The notes: generated from the letters alone by a model not told the origin. DNA of 64,000 bases from Nemertoderma westbladi (GCA_032718475.1 JAUCBJ010002721.1:1-64000), one strand, 5' to 3'. Positions 38,651 to 51,879 are shown, counted from the first letter of the stretch. Translations and numbers: made by a program.

Positions 38651-38901
38651 TGAGTAACCATAGCAACTCTCATTGTCCACATTATCTGAGTAACCCTAGC
38701 AACTCTCATTGTCCACATTATCTGAGTAACCATAGCAACTCTCATTGTCCACATTATCTGAGTAACCATAGCAACTGTCATTGTCCACATTATCTGAGTA
38801 ACCCTAGCAACTCTCATTGTCCACATTATCTGAGTAACCATAGCAACTGTCATTGTCCACATTATCTGAGTAACCATAGCAACTGTCATTGTCCACATTA
38901 G
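38651..38901. repeat. 36-bp repeat made of intron/exon acceptor junction copies (7x)
   Basis: tgagtaaccatagcaact(c/g)tcattgtccacattatc; the last copy ends ...cattag|ctg at the real exon. Confidence 0.9.
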
Positions 38902-39121
38902 CTGAGTAACCATAGCAACTCGCATGAAGACGCCGACGACATTCGAAAAGAGGAGGAAGAACGAATGCTGTTTGAGATGGAGGAGAAAACGGAGAAAGGA
39001 AAGACGAAAGTGGGAGGATTAGTCAGACGGGTATCCAAGGGCAACGTGGTTAATAAGCAAACAATAGTCAAACGGAATTCAGTTGGCGCCATGGAGACGG
39101 AGAAAGGGAAACCCAGTAAAG
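38902..39121 (+). CDS. PPP4R4: PP4 regulatory subunit 4, exon
   Basis: DDIRKEEEERMLFEMEEK (compare PPP4R4 DQEKEREELLLLEME); gttagt donor. Confidence 0.85.
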
Positions 39122-39174
39122 GTTAGTGGAAAAATCGTATTTATTAAACGCAGTGCTAACGGTACCGAATGTAA

Positions 39175-40053
<879 letters not shown>

Positions 40054-40056
<3 letters not shown>

Positions 40057-40620
40057 GTGAGTTGGTAGGTGTGGGTGTTTGTGTTGGATGGGGTGGGTTG
40101 GTAGCTGTGCATGTTTGTGTTGGATGGGGTGGGTTGGTAGCTGTGCATGTTTGTGTTGCATGGGGTGGGTTGGTAGCTGTGCATGTTTGTGTTGGATGGG
40201 GTGGGTTGGTAGGCGTGCATGTTTGTATTGGATGGGGTGGGTTGGTAGCTGTGCATGTTTGTGTTGGATGGGGTGGGTTGGTAGCTGTGCATGTTTGTGT
40301 TGGATGGGGTGGGTTGGTAGCTGTGCATGTTTGTGTTGGATGGGGTGGGTTGGTAGCTGTGCATGTTTGTGTTGGATGGGGTGGGTTGGTAGCTGTGCAT
40401 GTTTGTGTTGGATGGGGTGGGTTGGTAGCTGTGCATGTTTGTGTTGGATGGGGTGGGTTGGTAGCTGTGCATGTTTGTGTTGGATGGGGTGGGTTGGTAG
40501 CTGTGCATGTTTGTGTTGGATTGGGTGGGTTGGTAGCCGTGCATGTTTGTGTTGGATGGGGTGGGTTGGTAGCTGTGCATGTTTGTGTGTTTGTGTTTGA
40601 TGAGGTGAGTTGGTAGCTGT
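40054..40620. repeat. 36-bp minisatellite starting at a donor site
   Basis: ggggtgggttggtagctgtgcatgtttgtgttggat, about 15 copies. Confidence 0.92.
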
Positions 40621-42205
40621 TCATTGCCATCCCAGCGAACTTATAATTATACTTTGTTAGTTATTAATACAGTATATTATAATATTGGCTATACTTGGCT
40701 TGAAAAACGGCCATAGTATAATTATATAACAGTTCGCCGATGGCTCGCAGTTGTGGCTCGCCTCACAGCCGTTGTGTTTGGTAAAGTTACTGTTTAGTTT
40801 ACAGTCCACTATTTAGCAGTTATCACTAAGATGATGGTTGTGAGTATAGCAGTATATACACTATTATACAAAACAGTATGTTGTGAGCAAAATTATAAAC
40901 CAACGATATGTTGGCGAAATTGTTATAGACGCAATTCTATCTAAAGATCCAGTTCCGTGTTGATTCGATAAAATTACTATAAAGATACACTAGATTGTAA
41001 AATAAATACATTATTTTAGAGTAAAAGATAAACCTCTGGCAGAGCAAATACTTTGTCACATGCGTAAAACAGGTTGAGTGATAATTTTCCCAAATAATAT
41101 GATATAACCTTTCACAGGAGCACATCACATCACATCACAGCACATCTGATGTATTTTATTTTGGGGGTAAATGCTAGTAGGCAGGCATGCACCTAATTGT
41201 AGGCAGGTTAGTAAAGATGCAGTTTACAGAGGCGGGTTCAAAGGAACCAAAACAATAAAGTTCAAAGTTAGGGATATGTAGGGAACCGAATTTAATTGAG
41301 AATCGACAGCTTGATGATCATAACAGTCAGATGTATAGGCCTACCGAGATCGGCAGACCGCGGTACATGTAGGTGTAACGTTTAGCCCCCTTTATCTACC
41401 GGCATTCTTGCTTTCACAACTGCGTTTCATGTTTCAAACAGTTTGAATAAACAACCGTATCATATCAGCTGTCCCTAACTAATCACGATTTTTGTGTGAT
41501 AAAGTGAAGTTGACGGCAGGACGGGGGTCGTGAAACACAAGCCATTGGAAGAAAATCGAAGACTCCTGTCTCTTGGCTGTTACCTGTAAGGAAAGGATGG
41601 TGCCACATTAACTTCAAAGGTCCAATATTCCAACTATCCAACCATTTTCTTTACTTCCCCAGCATATGCCAGGTTCCTGTTACAGCTGGGCGGGTTGAAA
41701 CCTAGTTCCATAGAGTTAACAACTTAACGACAACTATAGGCTCTTCCATTTCTGGGGCTCGAACTTACGATCTCGCTGTTGGAACACCGAGGCTCTAAAC
41801 ATGGAACGTTTTATGATAATTGCTGTTAAAAACTGCCGCCCAGATCGGTACGAATGAACATCGGCCCCTGACTTTTTAAACAAATTTTAATACATTTATG
41901 TTAGGGGGCCAGGCAAATATTTTTCTCGCCGGCCTTTAATGGAAAGTGGATATGAAATAAAGTGTTTGGCTGGCCTATCGCTAAGAGGGTCTGCCGACAT
42001 TGCATCGTAAGCACCATGGCGATTGGGTTGTTTATTTAGAGGGACATTGGTTTGTAAACTAATAGAAATTAAAATAAAAGCAAAGTTTAATTTGTTTCCA
42101 ATAAGTTAACGTAATAAAATATATTAAACGGAATGAATCTCACATAATTTTATACACAATTGGAACACAAATAACTGCATTCCAAAGGATTGTTTATAAT
42201 TATTA

Positions 42206-44017
42206 TTATAAGTGAAAAAGTTTCCCACTGCCCACGAATTGTGATTGGGGGGACTTCCTAGAAACCATGGCGACGGGTGTCGATGAGTCATCGGGGGTGA
42301 TCAGCTGATAGGCGAGACCCATAGACTCAGTAGAATGACTCCATAATAACTCAACCTCTCCATCATTGTGCTTTAATAAACATATCAACCCAACTTGCGC
42401 ATCACTATGGATACCAAGAATTCTAGAATTATTTATAAAATTATCTTTAATAAAGGTATCGATTTGCTTTAAGGGTAGAACGTCCTTATTGGTTGTCAAG
42501 GTGGTTGCTACGGATCGCGACATATTCGTAGCAATCAGCTGCTCCCCGCAGCCGCTCGCAGCCACGCCGATGCTATTGGTTGCCCAGCAACCAGCTCCAG
42601 GGATCCCCGCGTGTCCAATCCGACCCGGATATTTCAGCCAAATACCACCGCTAGAGGCGCCCGCTGCGATACGACCAGTTGTCGTGTCTAAAACAACCGC
42701 CCCAACCGTCTCGGTGGGTCTAGGAGGGTCAGTTGTGTCTTTGTCAGTTTGTATGGCTGGGTCAGTGGGTTTGTCTGGGTCAGTGGGTTTGTCTAGGTTT
42801 ATGTCTGGATCTGTATCTACAGTTCTATAAGCTGATACATCGGACCCAAAATACTCTCTTGGAATATATTTCCCCCAAACTTTATCTGATTCAAGATTTT
42901 CCTCACAAAACGTGTTGAGACGCCGATGATTGTCGGACAAGCGCTGGCGCTTCGTGGTACATCGATAACCATCCACATTAACACTGGAACCACTCGTATT
43001 AACACCAGAACCACACGTATTAACACCAGAACCACACGTATTAACACCAGAACCACTCGTATTAACACCAGAACCACACCCACACGTATTAACACCAGTA
43101 CCACACGTATTAATACCAGAACCACACGTATTAACACCAGAACCACACGTATTAAGACCAGAACCACTCGTATTAACACCAGAACCACACGTAACACCAG
43201 AACCACACGTATTAACTCCAGAACCACACGTATTAACACCAGAACCACTCGTATTAACACCAGAACCACACGTATTAACACCAGAACCACACGTATTAAC
43301 ACCAGAACCACTCGTATTAACACCAGAACCACACGTATTAACACCAGAACCACTCGTATTAACACCAGAACCACACGTATTAACACCAGAACCACTCGTA
43401 TTAACACCAGAACCACACGTATTAACACCAGAACCACACGTATTAACTCCAGAACCACTCTTATTAACACCAGAAACACTCGTATTAACACCAGAACCAT
43501 CTAAATTGGCAGTTAAAACATTCGATTTATCCAGTTGATTTCGATACCTCCGATAGAAACGCCGACACTTTTCCGTCACCAACTCGTCGGGCGGTACGAC
43601 CGACAAGCCAACTTCCAGGGCCCATCTCCGCGCCCCGTCGCCACAGACAACCATCGGACTCACCCTCCCCAACGTCAACCGCTCGCCCTGCCGCGCCAGC
43701 ACCGACTCCGCTAACTCTATAGGGTTCATTACACCGCTAACCGCGGCCACGCAGCCGCATCCACCGTCGGATACCGACAGCGAGGCGTCGCATTCTACCG
43801 AGCCGACGGACGTTAAACTCGAACCCACTCCTGCATTCGTCTGCGACGAGTTCTCGAGGATAACAATGGCGGCGGTTACCGCGGATTCGCAACTCCCACC
43901 GGATCGCAACACCCCAGACGCGGCGATGCAAGCACGGGAACACAGCCGATTGGATGAGGGCTCGTTACTAATAGCAACACGTCCAGCTCCACTATGGACA
44001 ATAACAATCCCTTTCAT
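42206..44017 (-). CDS. TASP1: Threonine aspartase 1 (Taspase-1), intronless, nested antisense in a PPP4R4 intron
   Basis: VHSGAG, TNAGVGS, VECDAS, NPI, TVGAVV, SSGGIWLKYPGRIG, SGCGE, LWSHSTESM; internal 21-bp repeat. Confidence 0.92.
   Translation of the reverse strand: MKGIVIVHSGAGRVAISNEPSSNRLCSRACIAASGVLRSGGSCESAVTAAIVILENSSQTNAGVGSSLTSVGSVECDASLSVSDGGCGCVAAVSGVMNPIELAESVLARQGERLTLGRVSPMVVCGDGARRWALEVGLSVVPPDELVTEKCRRFYRRYRNQLDKSNVLTANLDGSGVNTSVSGVNKSGSGVNTCGSGVNTCGSGVNTSGSGVNTCGSGVNTSGSGVNTCGSGVNTSGSGVNTCGSGVNTCGSGVNTSGSGVNTCGSGVNTCGSGVTCGSGVNTSGSGLNTCGSGVNTCGSGINTCGTGVNTCGCGSGVNTSGSGVNTCGSGVNTCGSGVNTSGSSVNVDGYRCTTKRQRLSDNHRRLNTFCEENLESDKVWGKYIPREYFGSDVSAYRTVDTDPDINLDKPTDPDKPTDPAIQTDKDTTDPPRPTETVGAVVLDTTTGRIAAGASSGGIWLKYPGRIGHAGIPGAGCWATNSIGVAASGCGEQLIATNMSRSVATTLTTNKDVLPLKQIDTFIKDNFINNSRILGIHSDAQVGLICLLKHNDGEVELLWSHSTESMGLAYQLITPDDSSTPVAMVSRKSPQSQFVGSGKLFHL
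42975..43500 (-). repeat. In-frame 21-bp coding repeat GVNT(C/S)GS, about 25 copies
   Basis: cgtattaacaccagaaccac(a/t) on the + strand. Confidence 0.95.
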
Positions 44018-45260
44018 TTATAGAATATTAAATAAACCAATAATGATTAATAAAACATTAGGAACATCAGACATTAAGCAATATGACACAACCGAAAACA
44101 AAATTTAAATTCTTTACTTAAATCATATTTAAACTTATTTATATTTCACAGAGACCAAATACAATAAGAAAATATTAGAGTAAAACAATTAGTAGAGCAA
44201 GTATGACGACAGACAGTCAGAATAAATAATATAAGAGTACCGCGTACGGTACCGGTAATGATTATTTCTGTATTTAATAATATATTGGGAAAAATGTAAC
44301 GAGGTGCGTGCATAATAGGTCCCTATAGCAACATTTTTGTTAACAAAATACTAAATAAATAATAATTTTGACAAGTTAACAAGGAATTAGACAAAATTTG
44401 TATCTACCTAGAGCTGAATTGTACACATACATGTTATCGACGAGATCAGGCATTTTGAATTTCCCGCCAAACCAGCCCAACCAATCAAATCAAAAATTAT
44501 CTACTGTACGATAGAGCGCTCTAGTAAAAAAAATATATAATAGGCCGCCTAGACAATGGGGCGTATACTAAATAAAGTAGTGATCACTTCGGAGTGGCAC
44601 ATTCTCACGAAGAGACTACATACGCCCCATTGTCCCTTTAGGGTCTCCTTACTACAAACAAATAATGCACAACAAAAATATTAAAAAATATATTGATAAA
44701 TAGGATAAAACTTATGTTGGATGGGGTGGGTTGGTAGCTGTGCATGTTTGTGACCCAGGTGGTACTACTAATCCTTCTACATAGGATATTACATATAAAA
44801 GCCCCAAGAGTATGCAATTAAAATGAACCGACCTTAACGAAGCTATCCATACTCAGTTTTCATAGTAAAATATCATAATATCATTGAGTTAAAATGTCAG
44901 AAAATTGATTTTTGGTAGCTTTATAAATAGGAAAAATACATTTTGTATTTTGTACTTTTCTTTGTATTTTTTATTAAAGAAAATTTAGCAACAAAACATT
45001 ACCACTTTATGAATAAAATTCTATATTACATGCGAAAAATGTCATCATATATTTTCATTACTCTCTCGGATAACTCTTCCGCACGGTAAGTAAAATTCCT
45101 TGAAAATAGTAAAAAAAATTTACTTTTTTTCCATGTACTAAATTATTATTATCATCTCACAAAGTGTTAACCGTAGAAAATCTTCCTTTAAATGCTTGAT
45201 TAGCGTTACGTGCAATTTAATTTTAGCGCCAAATAAATTATTATAACTATTTTGTTACAG

Positions 45261-45368
45261 ACGCGATTCTACCGGTGTTATTCCACCTTCACGGAAGACA
45301 TCTGGTGGTTCAAATGTTACTACCAAGAAATCATCCACCACCACCTCTGTATCAGGGAAAAACATTGG
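45261..45368 (+). CDS. PPP4R4: Probable PPP4R4 penultimate exon
   Basis: ttacag acceptor, gtgagt donor, phase 2-2, open Ser/Thr/Lys-rich frame. Confidence 0.6.
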
Positions 45369-45443
45369 GTGAGTTACTATTGAAGTTATTAATTAGGAGT
45401 CCACCCACAAACATATGAGAAAACAAGATGGAATGTAAGAAAG

Positions 45444-45672
45444 AGGGTTAGCTCAGTTGGTAGAGCGCCGGGCCTGCAATCTATTGGTAGTAGGTTCGGG
45501 ATCTACCTGGGTCCAATCAGCCTTTGATACACTGACGTCGACAAAATGAGGACCAGTTAAGTTAGTGGGAGCAAAATTTGGGAGTATCGCTCACCCCTAA
45601 CTTGTGGTAGCAGCTATCGAAAGAGGAGCCCTCGGGTCGCCTCCGGATTCGGCCAACTTGCTTGGTAAGTTA
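45444..45672 (+). mobile_element. tRNA-derived SINE
   Basis: A box tagctcagttgg, B-box-like ggttcggga, central cagcct...gtcgacaaaatgag, tail aagaggagccctcgggtcgcctccgg; related pieces at 52725-52850 (-) and 6795-6850. Confidence 0.75.
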
Positions 45673-45998
45673 AGGGGGAAATTTAAACCTTATATTAACA
45701 ATATATAACAATCATTTATTAACAATTATTAACAATAGTTTGCAGGCGCATCCCTCAACCAACTGAGCTACCCACTCCTCTTTCCGTTCCCTTACACAAC
45801 TAACAATAATTCAATAAACAACTACGCCAAGTTGGGATACACAGGGAAGCACAAATTAAGTAAATTATTTATAAGATAAATAAATAATAAGAACATCTGC
45901 TGAAAATAGGCTGTCGATGTGTAACTGTAAGATTTTTTTTTTTTTTAAATACTACCGTAAACAAGCCGACAATTATTTTACGAATTAATACTTTTCAG

Positions 45999-46011
45999 AA
46001 AACGGAGTTAA
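45999..46011 (+). CDS. PPP4R4: Probable PPP4R4 last coding exon (..GKRS*)
   Basis: cttttcag acceptor, in-phase TAA, downstream AATAAA near 46397 and 46463. Confidence 0.5.
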
Positions 46012-46470
46012 ATCGCAATAAGTTTGTCAGTCGGAACTTGTGGCGTCGCAATACGAAGCAATGACCAGATTATTGTAGGGGAGCAGTTGTTAATGAGATC
46101 AAGCTACTTACTATACACAAACAGCCATGGAAGGCGGCAATAATTATAGTTGTTTGGACTGAGAATACAATGTGTGACTCATTAGTTCCGATTTAATGAA
46201 CTGAACAAAAAAAAAATTTATTTTAGTTTGTAACTTTTGTTCATTTCGCCAATTTATTACTTAGTGCTGTACTTTTATTCCAATAATTTAGAATTTGGTT
46301 TGTAAATATATGGCTAGTTAGATTTACCTTTGTAAATAATGTATATATTTGTACAGACTGTATATATTGATGAATTAATTATTTACTTCCCTTTGTAATA
46401 AATATGTAGACTTAATTTATTACTTATTTACCTTCGGTATACATTATTTTAGATTTATAGTAAATAAATT

Positions 46471-48093
46471 CACCATGACCCGTAATATTGTGTCATTATC
46501 TGATGACACGGATCCCCCCCCCCCCAAATTTTTCTACAAATCTTTATCATATTGTTTGAAATTTGAAACACAATTAGTTCAACTCACCGTGGTTGTTACC
46601 ATGAAGCCGGAATTTTCGATTTAGCCTTTAAATTTTATTTATAAGCGTTTTAAAAAAGTGTCTTTTGCGAAATCGCACCCTCTGTATCATTGCCATTCTT
46701 CACATTAGTCGTAATTTTTTCATATCAATAGAAAGCTTGCGTTGCAAGGATTCCAAATATGTAACAATATCTGAATTTCGTTGAGAAACAGCTGAGAAAT
46801 AGGCGTTCAAAGATTGCAAGAATTATTGTTCGCTGCGGGCCATTTATTCTATTTAATAAATACACAAAATTCTAGAACGTGTTATTTATTTTATGAGTTG
46901 ATTGAAGGGTTTGCGTCCATAATTATTTGATGAGATTGCTTGTTGATAACATAATATAGCCACGGTGCCCTAGTGCAACTGCTGCATCTCATACTTATAA
47001 AACGGAAAACATAATTATTTTTGACTCATTCCATTATTTTAACTTATTCTATCTGACTGTTGATAATTACTTTATTTAAAAAATAAAAACAAAAAGCATT
47101 TATTAAAAAAAACATGACAATATATTCAAAAGCTAAAACCAAAAACTAAAAGCCAAAAGGGGGCGGGGGAATAAGAGTTATAAGGGGGAGGGGAGATGGG
47201 ATAGAGGGAGTGGGGAACGCAAGTGGAGGAGCCTAGGAGACGAGATCCAACAGACCCTCGTCCGTGGACCTAATCGATCCTAAGATCGAAGCGGCATTGC
47301 CGATCTGAATGGCAATGAGGAGCCTCTGTAGGAGGAATCGGTGCGACCGCGGCTCGTTGGTGACACTACGTATACGGTCGCCGATCTCCTTCAGGAAACT
47401 GCGAGTGGAAGAACCCGGACAGCCGTAGGTCTCATTGCTGACTCATCACTGCTTTTATGAGTTGGTAGGTAACAGCGGAATGCCTATACGATATCTATAT
47501 TGCATAGCTAATCATACATAAACAAATTTTTGTCAATTGTTGGTGTATAATTACTGTAAAAAATTTACGTTAAAAATTAACATTAAAGAAATTCAAATTT
47601 AAAATCAACATTTCAACAATCATATTTCATACAGTAATTATTAAATGAAAAAATTAAATTAAATAAATAATAAACAAATTGTTCCAGAATTTTGTGTATT
47701 TATTAAATAGAATAAATGGCCTGCAGTGAACAATAATTCTTGCATTCTTTGAGTGCCTATTTCTCAGCTGTTTCTCAACGAAATTCAGATATTGTTACAT
47801 ATTTGGAATCCTTGCAACGCAAGCTTTCTATTGATGTGAAAAAATTACGACTAAAGTGAAGAATGGCAATGATACAGAGGGTGCGATTTCGCAAAAGACA
47901 CTTTTTTAAAACGCTTATAAATAAAATTTAAAGGCGAAATCGAAAATTCCGGCTTCATGGTAACAACCACGGTGAGTTGAACTAGTTGTGTTTCAAATTT
48001 CAAACAATATGATAAAGATTTGTAGAAAAAATTGGGGGGGGGGGGGGGGGGGGGTCCGTGTCATCAGATGACACTATATTACGGGTCATGGTG
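46471..48093. mobile_element. Foldback DNA element with ~410-bp TIRs (CAC...GTG ends)
   Basis: 46471-46878 is the near-exact reverse complement of 47681-48093; no clear TSD. Confidence 0.85.
47100..47436 (-). mobile_element. 3' fragment of a CRE-like (restriction-like endonuclease) non-LTR element
   Basis: ETYGCPG...FLKEIG...FLLQRLLIAIQIGNAASILG, stop at 47233-47235. Confidence 0.7.
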
Positions 48094-49486
48094 TAATACG
48101 ACAATATTATTAATTAATTATAATTGGAAATAGCTCGGGTAGTGACTTATTTTATATTTTTTAATTCATTGTCGACTCTCGGATTGTTAAAAGACCTTAC
48201 CAGACCACATCTAGTTATGTTTCGCGCCAACCAATCACGATGCTAATCTTAGTACGCCGGGAGTGCCATTACGTTCTACCTCGCTTTTATTCCTATCATT
48301 TTATTAATTTTATTTAGCGTCCTTCTTTCCTATTCCTTTCCTAGTTGTACAGGGGGGGGGGGGGTCAGCAATAAGTTGAGGAACACACTCAGAAACATTG
48401 CGAAACAAAAGTTCATGTGTGTCTATGTCTGGAAATGTATTAGGGAAAGACCAAGTCGGCAACTTCCCTGACCACTGTCCGATACTGGCTAACATACATA
48501 TCCCAAATGACGTGTTACGGACTCACCATGCGGTAGGTTAGGTAGAATCATTCTGCTTTATACATTATTCACTATGTAAACTGAAAGTATTCAGCTCCTT
48601 TTAGTCTGACAATTGTCCATCGACAGTACATTCGAACGTATTCATTCATACATCATCCTACTGTACGACATTCTTCATTGCGCCCGTTTAATCCTGTCTC
48701 TTACGCCTAATACTCACATTTCTGGGCCGAAAGGGCCAAACGGCATATATCACGGATGACAGAAGTTACTGACCAAGATGGTATAGTATGATACACTCGA
48801 AGTTCGCCAAGATTTCATGAAACGAGTGAGCGAATGATGGATTGTGATACAAAAAAATCGTCCGTTAGGCCAGGGATTACCCACAAAGTCTCAATAATTA
48901 TTTCCAGTGCGGTCCCCCAAGACCTATTATACTCCCCAGAGGAAACTCAGTACTCATTTAGCTACCATTTAGTTACCAGTGTACAATATTAATTCGCAGT
49001 AATTTCAACCTACCACCATGTTAATAAAAAGTTTGTGATATAAATGTAGTTAGTTAATACCTTAAACGTATAATGGTAAAAAAAAGAGATTTAAAATACA
49101 GACATATCAATATTTAACAAAGCATAAATTATTACAATAATAATATAATATAAGTTTAGTTCGAATGGTTAGTTGTTGTTTGTTGGCTAATATAATAATA
49201 CTTAATATAAATTAAATTATCGCTAAAACTAACTCATTTATTTATACGACAAACAGCCAGGCAATGGCGGGAAATTTAAAATTAATAGCCTTTTTTTAAG
49301 AATGTAACGCTACAATAATTAGTTTCAATATTAGTTTCAATGGGAGCACGTTTAATATTATCTGTTCATCTGCATCAATGGAGCCCCTCAACAGGGTAGC
49401 TATTGTACCTCGCTGGTTGTCAACCAATCGCGATTGAGTGCCGATTGAGATAACCAATCAGGATTTAACAATCAGGCTTCATCCGA

Positions 49487-49551
49487 TCACGATTCTTTTA
49501 GAATATCTCCTGGATCTTGTACAATGTTACGCCTCAATGTTCTTCTTGATT
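49487..49551 (-). CDS. SMOC: SMOC last coding exon
   Basis: ttctag acceptor, phase fits, ends at TGA. Confidence 0.6.
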
Positions 49552-50849
49552 CTAGAATAAATTGTAATAATTATTTCGATAATATTGTAAAGTTAAAATT
49601 AAATCGCATTCAATATTATCTTCTTTCTTTTTAAGCAACCGCACCAGGAAGGCTACATGATTCCATAATGCCAAGTCGTAATCTAAGAAATTCCACTAAA
49701 TTTCATAGATTGCTGCGAAGTAGGTTTCAGATACATGACAGTTAAAAAATTATAAAGACCTATACAATAGCTTACCAGGCTCGGGAGCTCATCAAAAATA
49801 TTGACTTACACGTTGGTGGGGCCTTCGCGCAGCACGAGGCGGGGTTATGAGATGCATATTACAATTGAGCGATTCTATCACAAAATCGGTATTTAATAAA
49901 TTCAACCAAACCGCCAAAAAATTTAATAATAGTTTAAAGTTTCTCCCCATCAACCCCCCTCTTGATGCTGCCCAACCCAAAGCCGCACAGAGGATTGATG
50001 ACAGGCAGGTTTTGACAGATAATTTTTTTTAAGTAAGATATTTCAGCGGAGGCGACACAATTTGTAAGAAATATTAAAACTTATTTTATGATGATGTAGT
50101 ATTGATACTGAAATATCATTAAATTAATTGACCATGTCAATCCCACAACGAAATTACTTGGCTAATTATAAAGAGTAATTACCATTAAATACACAAGCCA
50201 ATAATTTTGCGAAATAAACAATAAGCACAAGGTGTCTGGCAAAAAGGTGTCTGGCTCCTTTCGCTGCCTGTAATTACTCCCCACCCCACCCCACCCCGAG
50301 CTATTACTCAAATATTTGAGTTGGGATAGCATAGGCAATAGCAAGAACGTCATGGAATAATCCATACATACTTATATGGGGAGATGGAAGTAGCTGAGCT
50401 GGCGAGAAGCATTTTAATAAGTTAATAATGTTTAGATCAATTAAAACCACATTTCCTAAAGCAAATCACTTGAACTAATTAAAAACTATAATGGAATTGG
50501 ATTTGGAGATTACAGCTGTGTAATTTTTAAGTATAATTATTTAAATCTTATATCTTATCCTAATTATAATTACTTTCCATGAAAGGTCAGGCTGAAGATG
50601 CTGTTTTTTACCGTAATCAACTTAATTAACTAATTAACTGCTTTTATCTTAGCTTCTCGAAGGCCACACGTAAATTCTACTTGGAAAATATACAAATTTT
50701 TGCCGAACAACATGTGTTATGTGTACCAAGTTTGGTTAGATTTATCGAAGATTGGCTGAGTTATTAACGTTCAAATATTGGACGCGACAGAACAACAGAC
50801 ACACTTTGCTTACTTTCGTGGCTCGCCTCACAAGAAGAAAAACAAGCGT

Positions 50850-51010
50850 TAGACTTCCCAGTTCACTATAACCTATCGCATACCGGTACCAGTAACCAGT
50901 AGCAACAGTGTAAGACCTCCCAGTTCACTATAACCTATCGCATACCGGTACCAGTTAACCAGTAGCAACAGTGTTAGACTGCCCAGTTCACTAACCTATC
51001 GCATACCAGT
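50850..51010. repeat. Three ~60-bp copies spanning a SMOC exon end and donor
   Basis: cccagttcacta(ta)acctatcgcatacc repeated. Confidence 0.8.
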
Positions 51011-51228
51011 AACATTTTGACCATTCTTCGTGCGTTATAACATTGTTCCCATCCATGTCGCAGTAGCTAGTGAACCCCCTGGCACACTTCCTAGGTGTCA
51101 GTGTATTCGCAATCTCTCTTTTTAACATTTTGGTTTCTTTACGACTCAGGATTCCATCATTGTCTGTGTCCAACGAATGGAACTTCCAAAGACTTCCGGC
51201 TTCAAATTCCAGCCTAATTTCTGTCGCA
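50996..51228 (-). CDS. SMOC: SMOC exon, second EF-hand (EC) domain
   Basis: WKFHSLDTDNDGILSRKE...PRKCARGFTSYCDMDGNNVITHEEWSKC. Confidence 0.9.
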
Positions 51229-51574
51229 CTGTAAAATATAAATGCGATATTAACGATACTAATAAATAGTATATTGTCCCTTTTCCATTTATATATTCCA
51301 GTTAATTAGTCCCTTTTCCATTTATTTAAAGCTGTCTACGCCATTATATGGAGTTACAATTGACCTTTATTTAATTTGTTTAAATATTTAAATAGGGGCT
51401 TGAATCACGTTTCGACCCCAGACAGGTCGCTTTCTCAAGAGGCCGTGCCGGAAAATGGAAAAGCAGCACTCCAAACTTGCTCCAATCGCGTATTAACCAG
51501 CTGGCGTGTGTAACACATGTCAAGCTTTGGTATAACGGTCAGTATTAGTCAACATTTGAATTTAATTGACGTAC

Positions 51575-51805
51575 TTTTGTTTGAGCGTTGTTTCGTCGTC
51601 CATTTGGTTTGCTTGCGACACATTGGCGGCTATTAATTGGCCTCTAATAAACCGTTCGAGCTCCACCATGAACTCGGACGCCTTCTCCAAGGGGCAGTCC
51701 AACCAATGTTTCTTCACGATGTCCCTACAATCAGGGTCTGGGTCTGTCAACGAGTCTTTCTTGACCGCCGTATTCGATATTGGGATACCAACTTTATTGA
51801 CACAC
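51575..51805 (-). CDS. SMOC: SMOC exon (end of TY2, start of EC2)
   Basis: (W)CVNKVGIPISNTAV...C...WLDCP..KASEF; phases fit. Confidence 0.85.
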
Positions 51806-51879
51806 CTAAATTAAATAACAAAAAAGTATTACAGCAAAGTAAATTTTTATTTGGGCGGATTACGTTTAAAGTCTTACGA

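Noticed and set aside
45446-45510. tRNA gene
   Set aside because: A/B-box-like motifs are present, but the cloverleaf is degenerate and runs into a SINE body and tail that recur elsewhere
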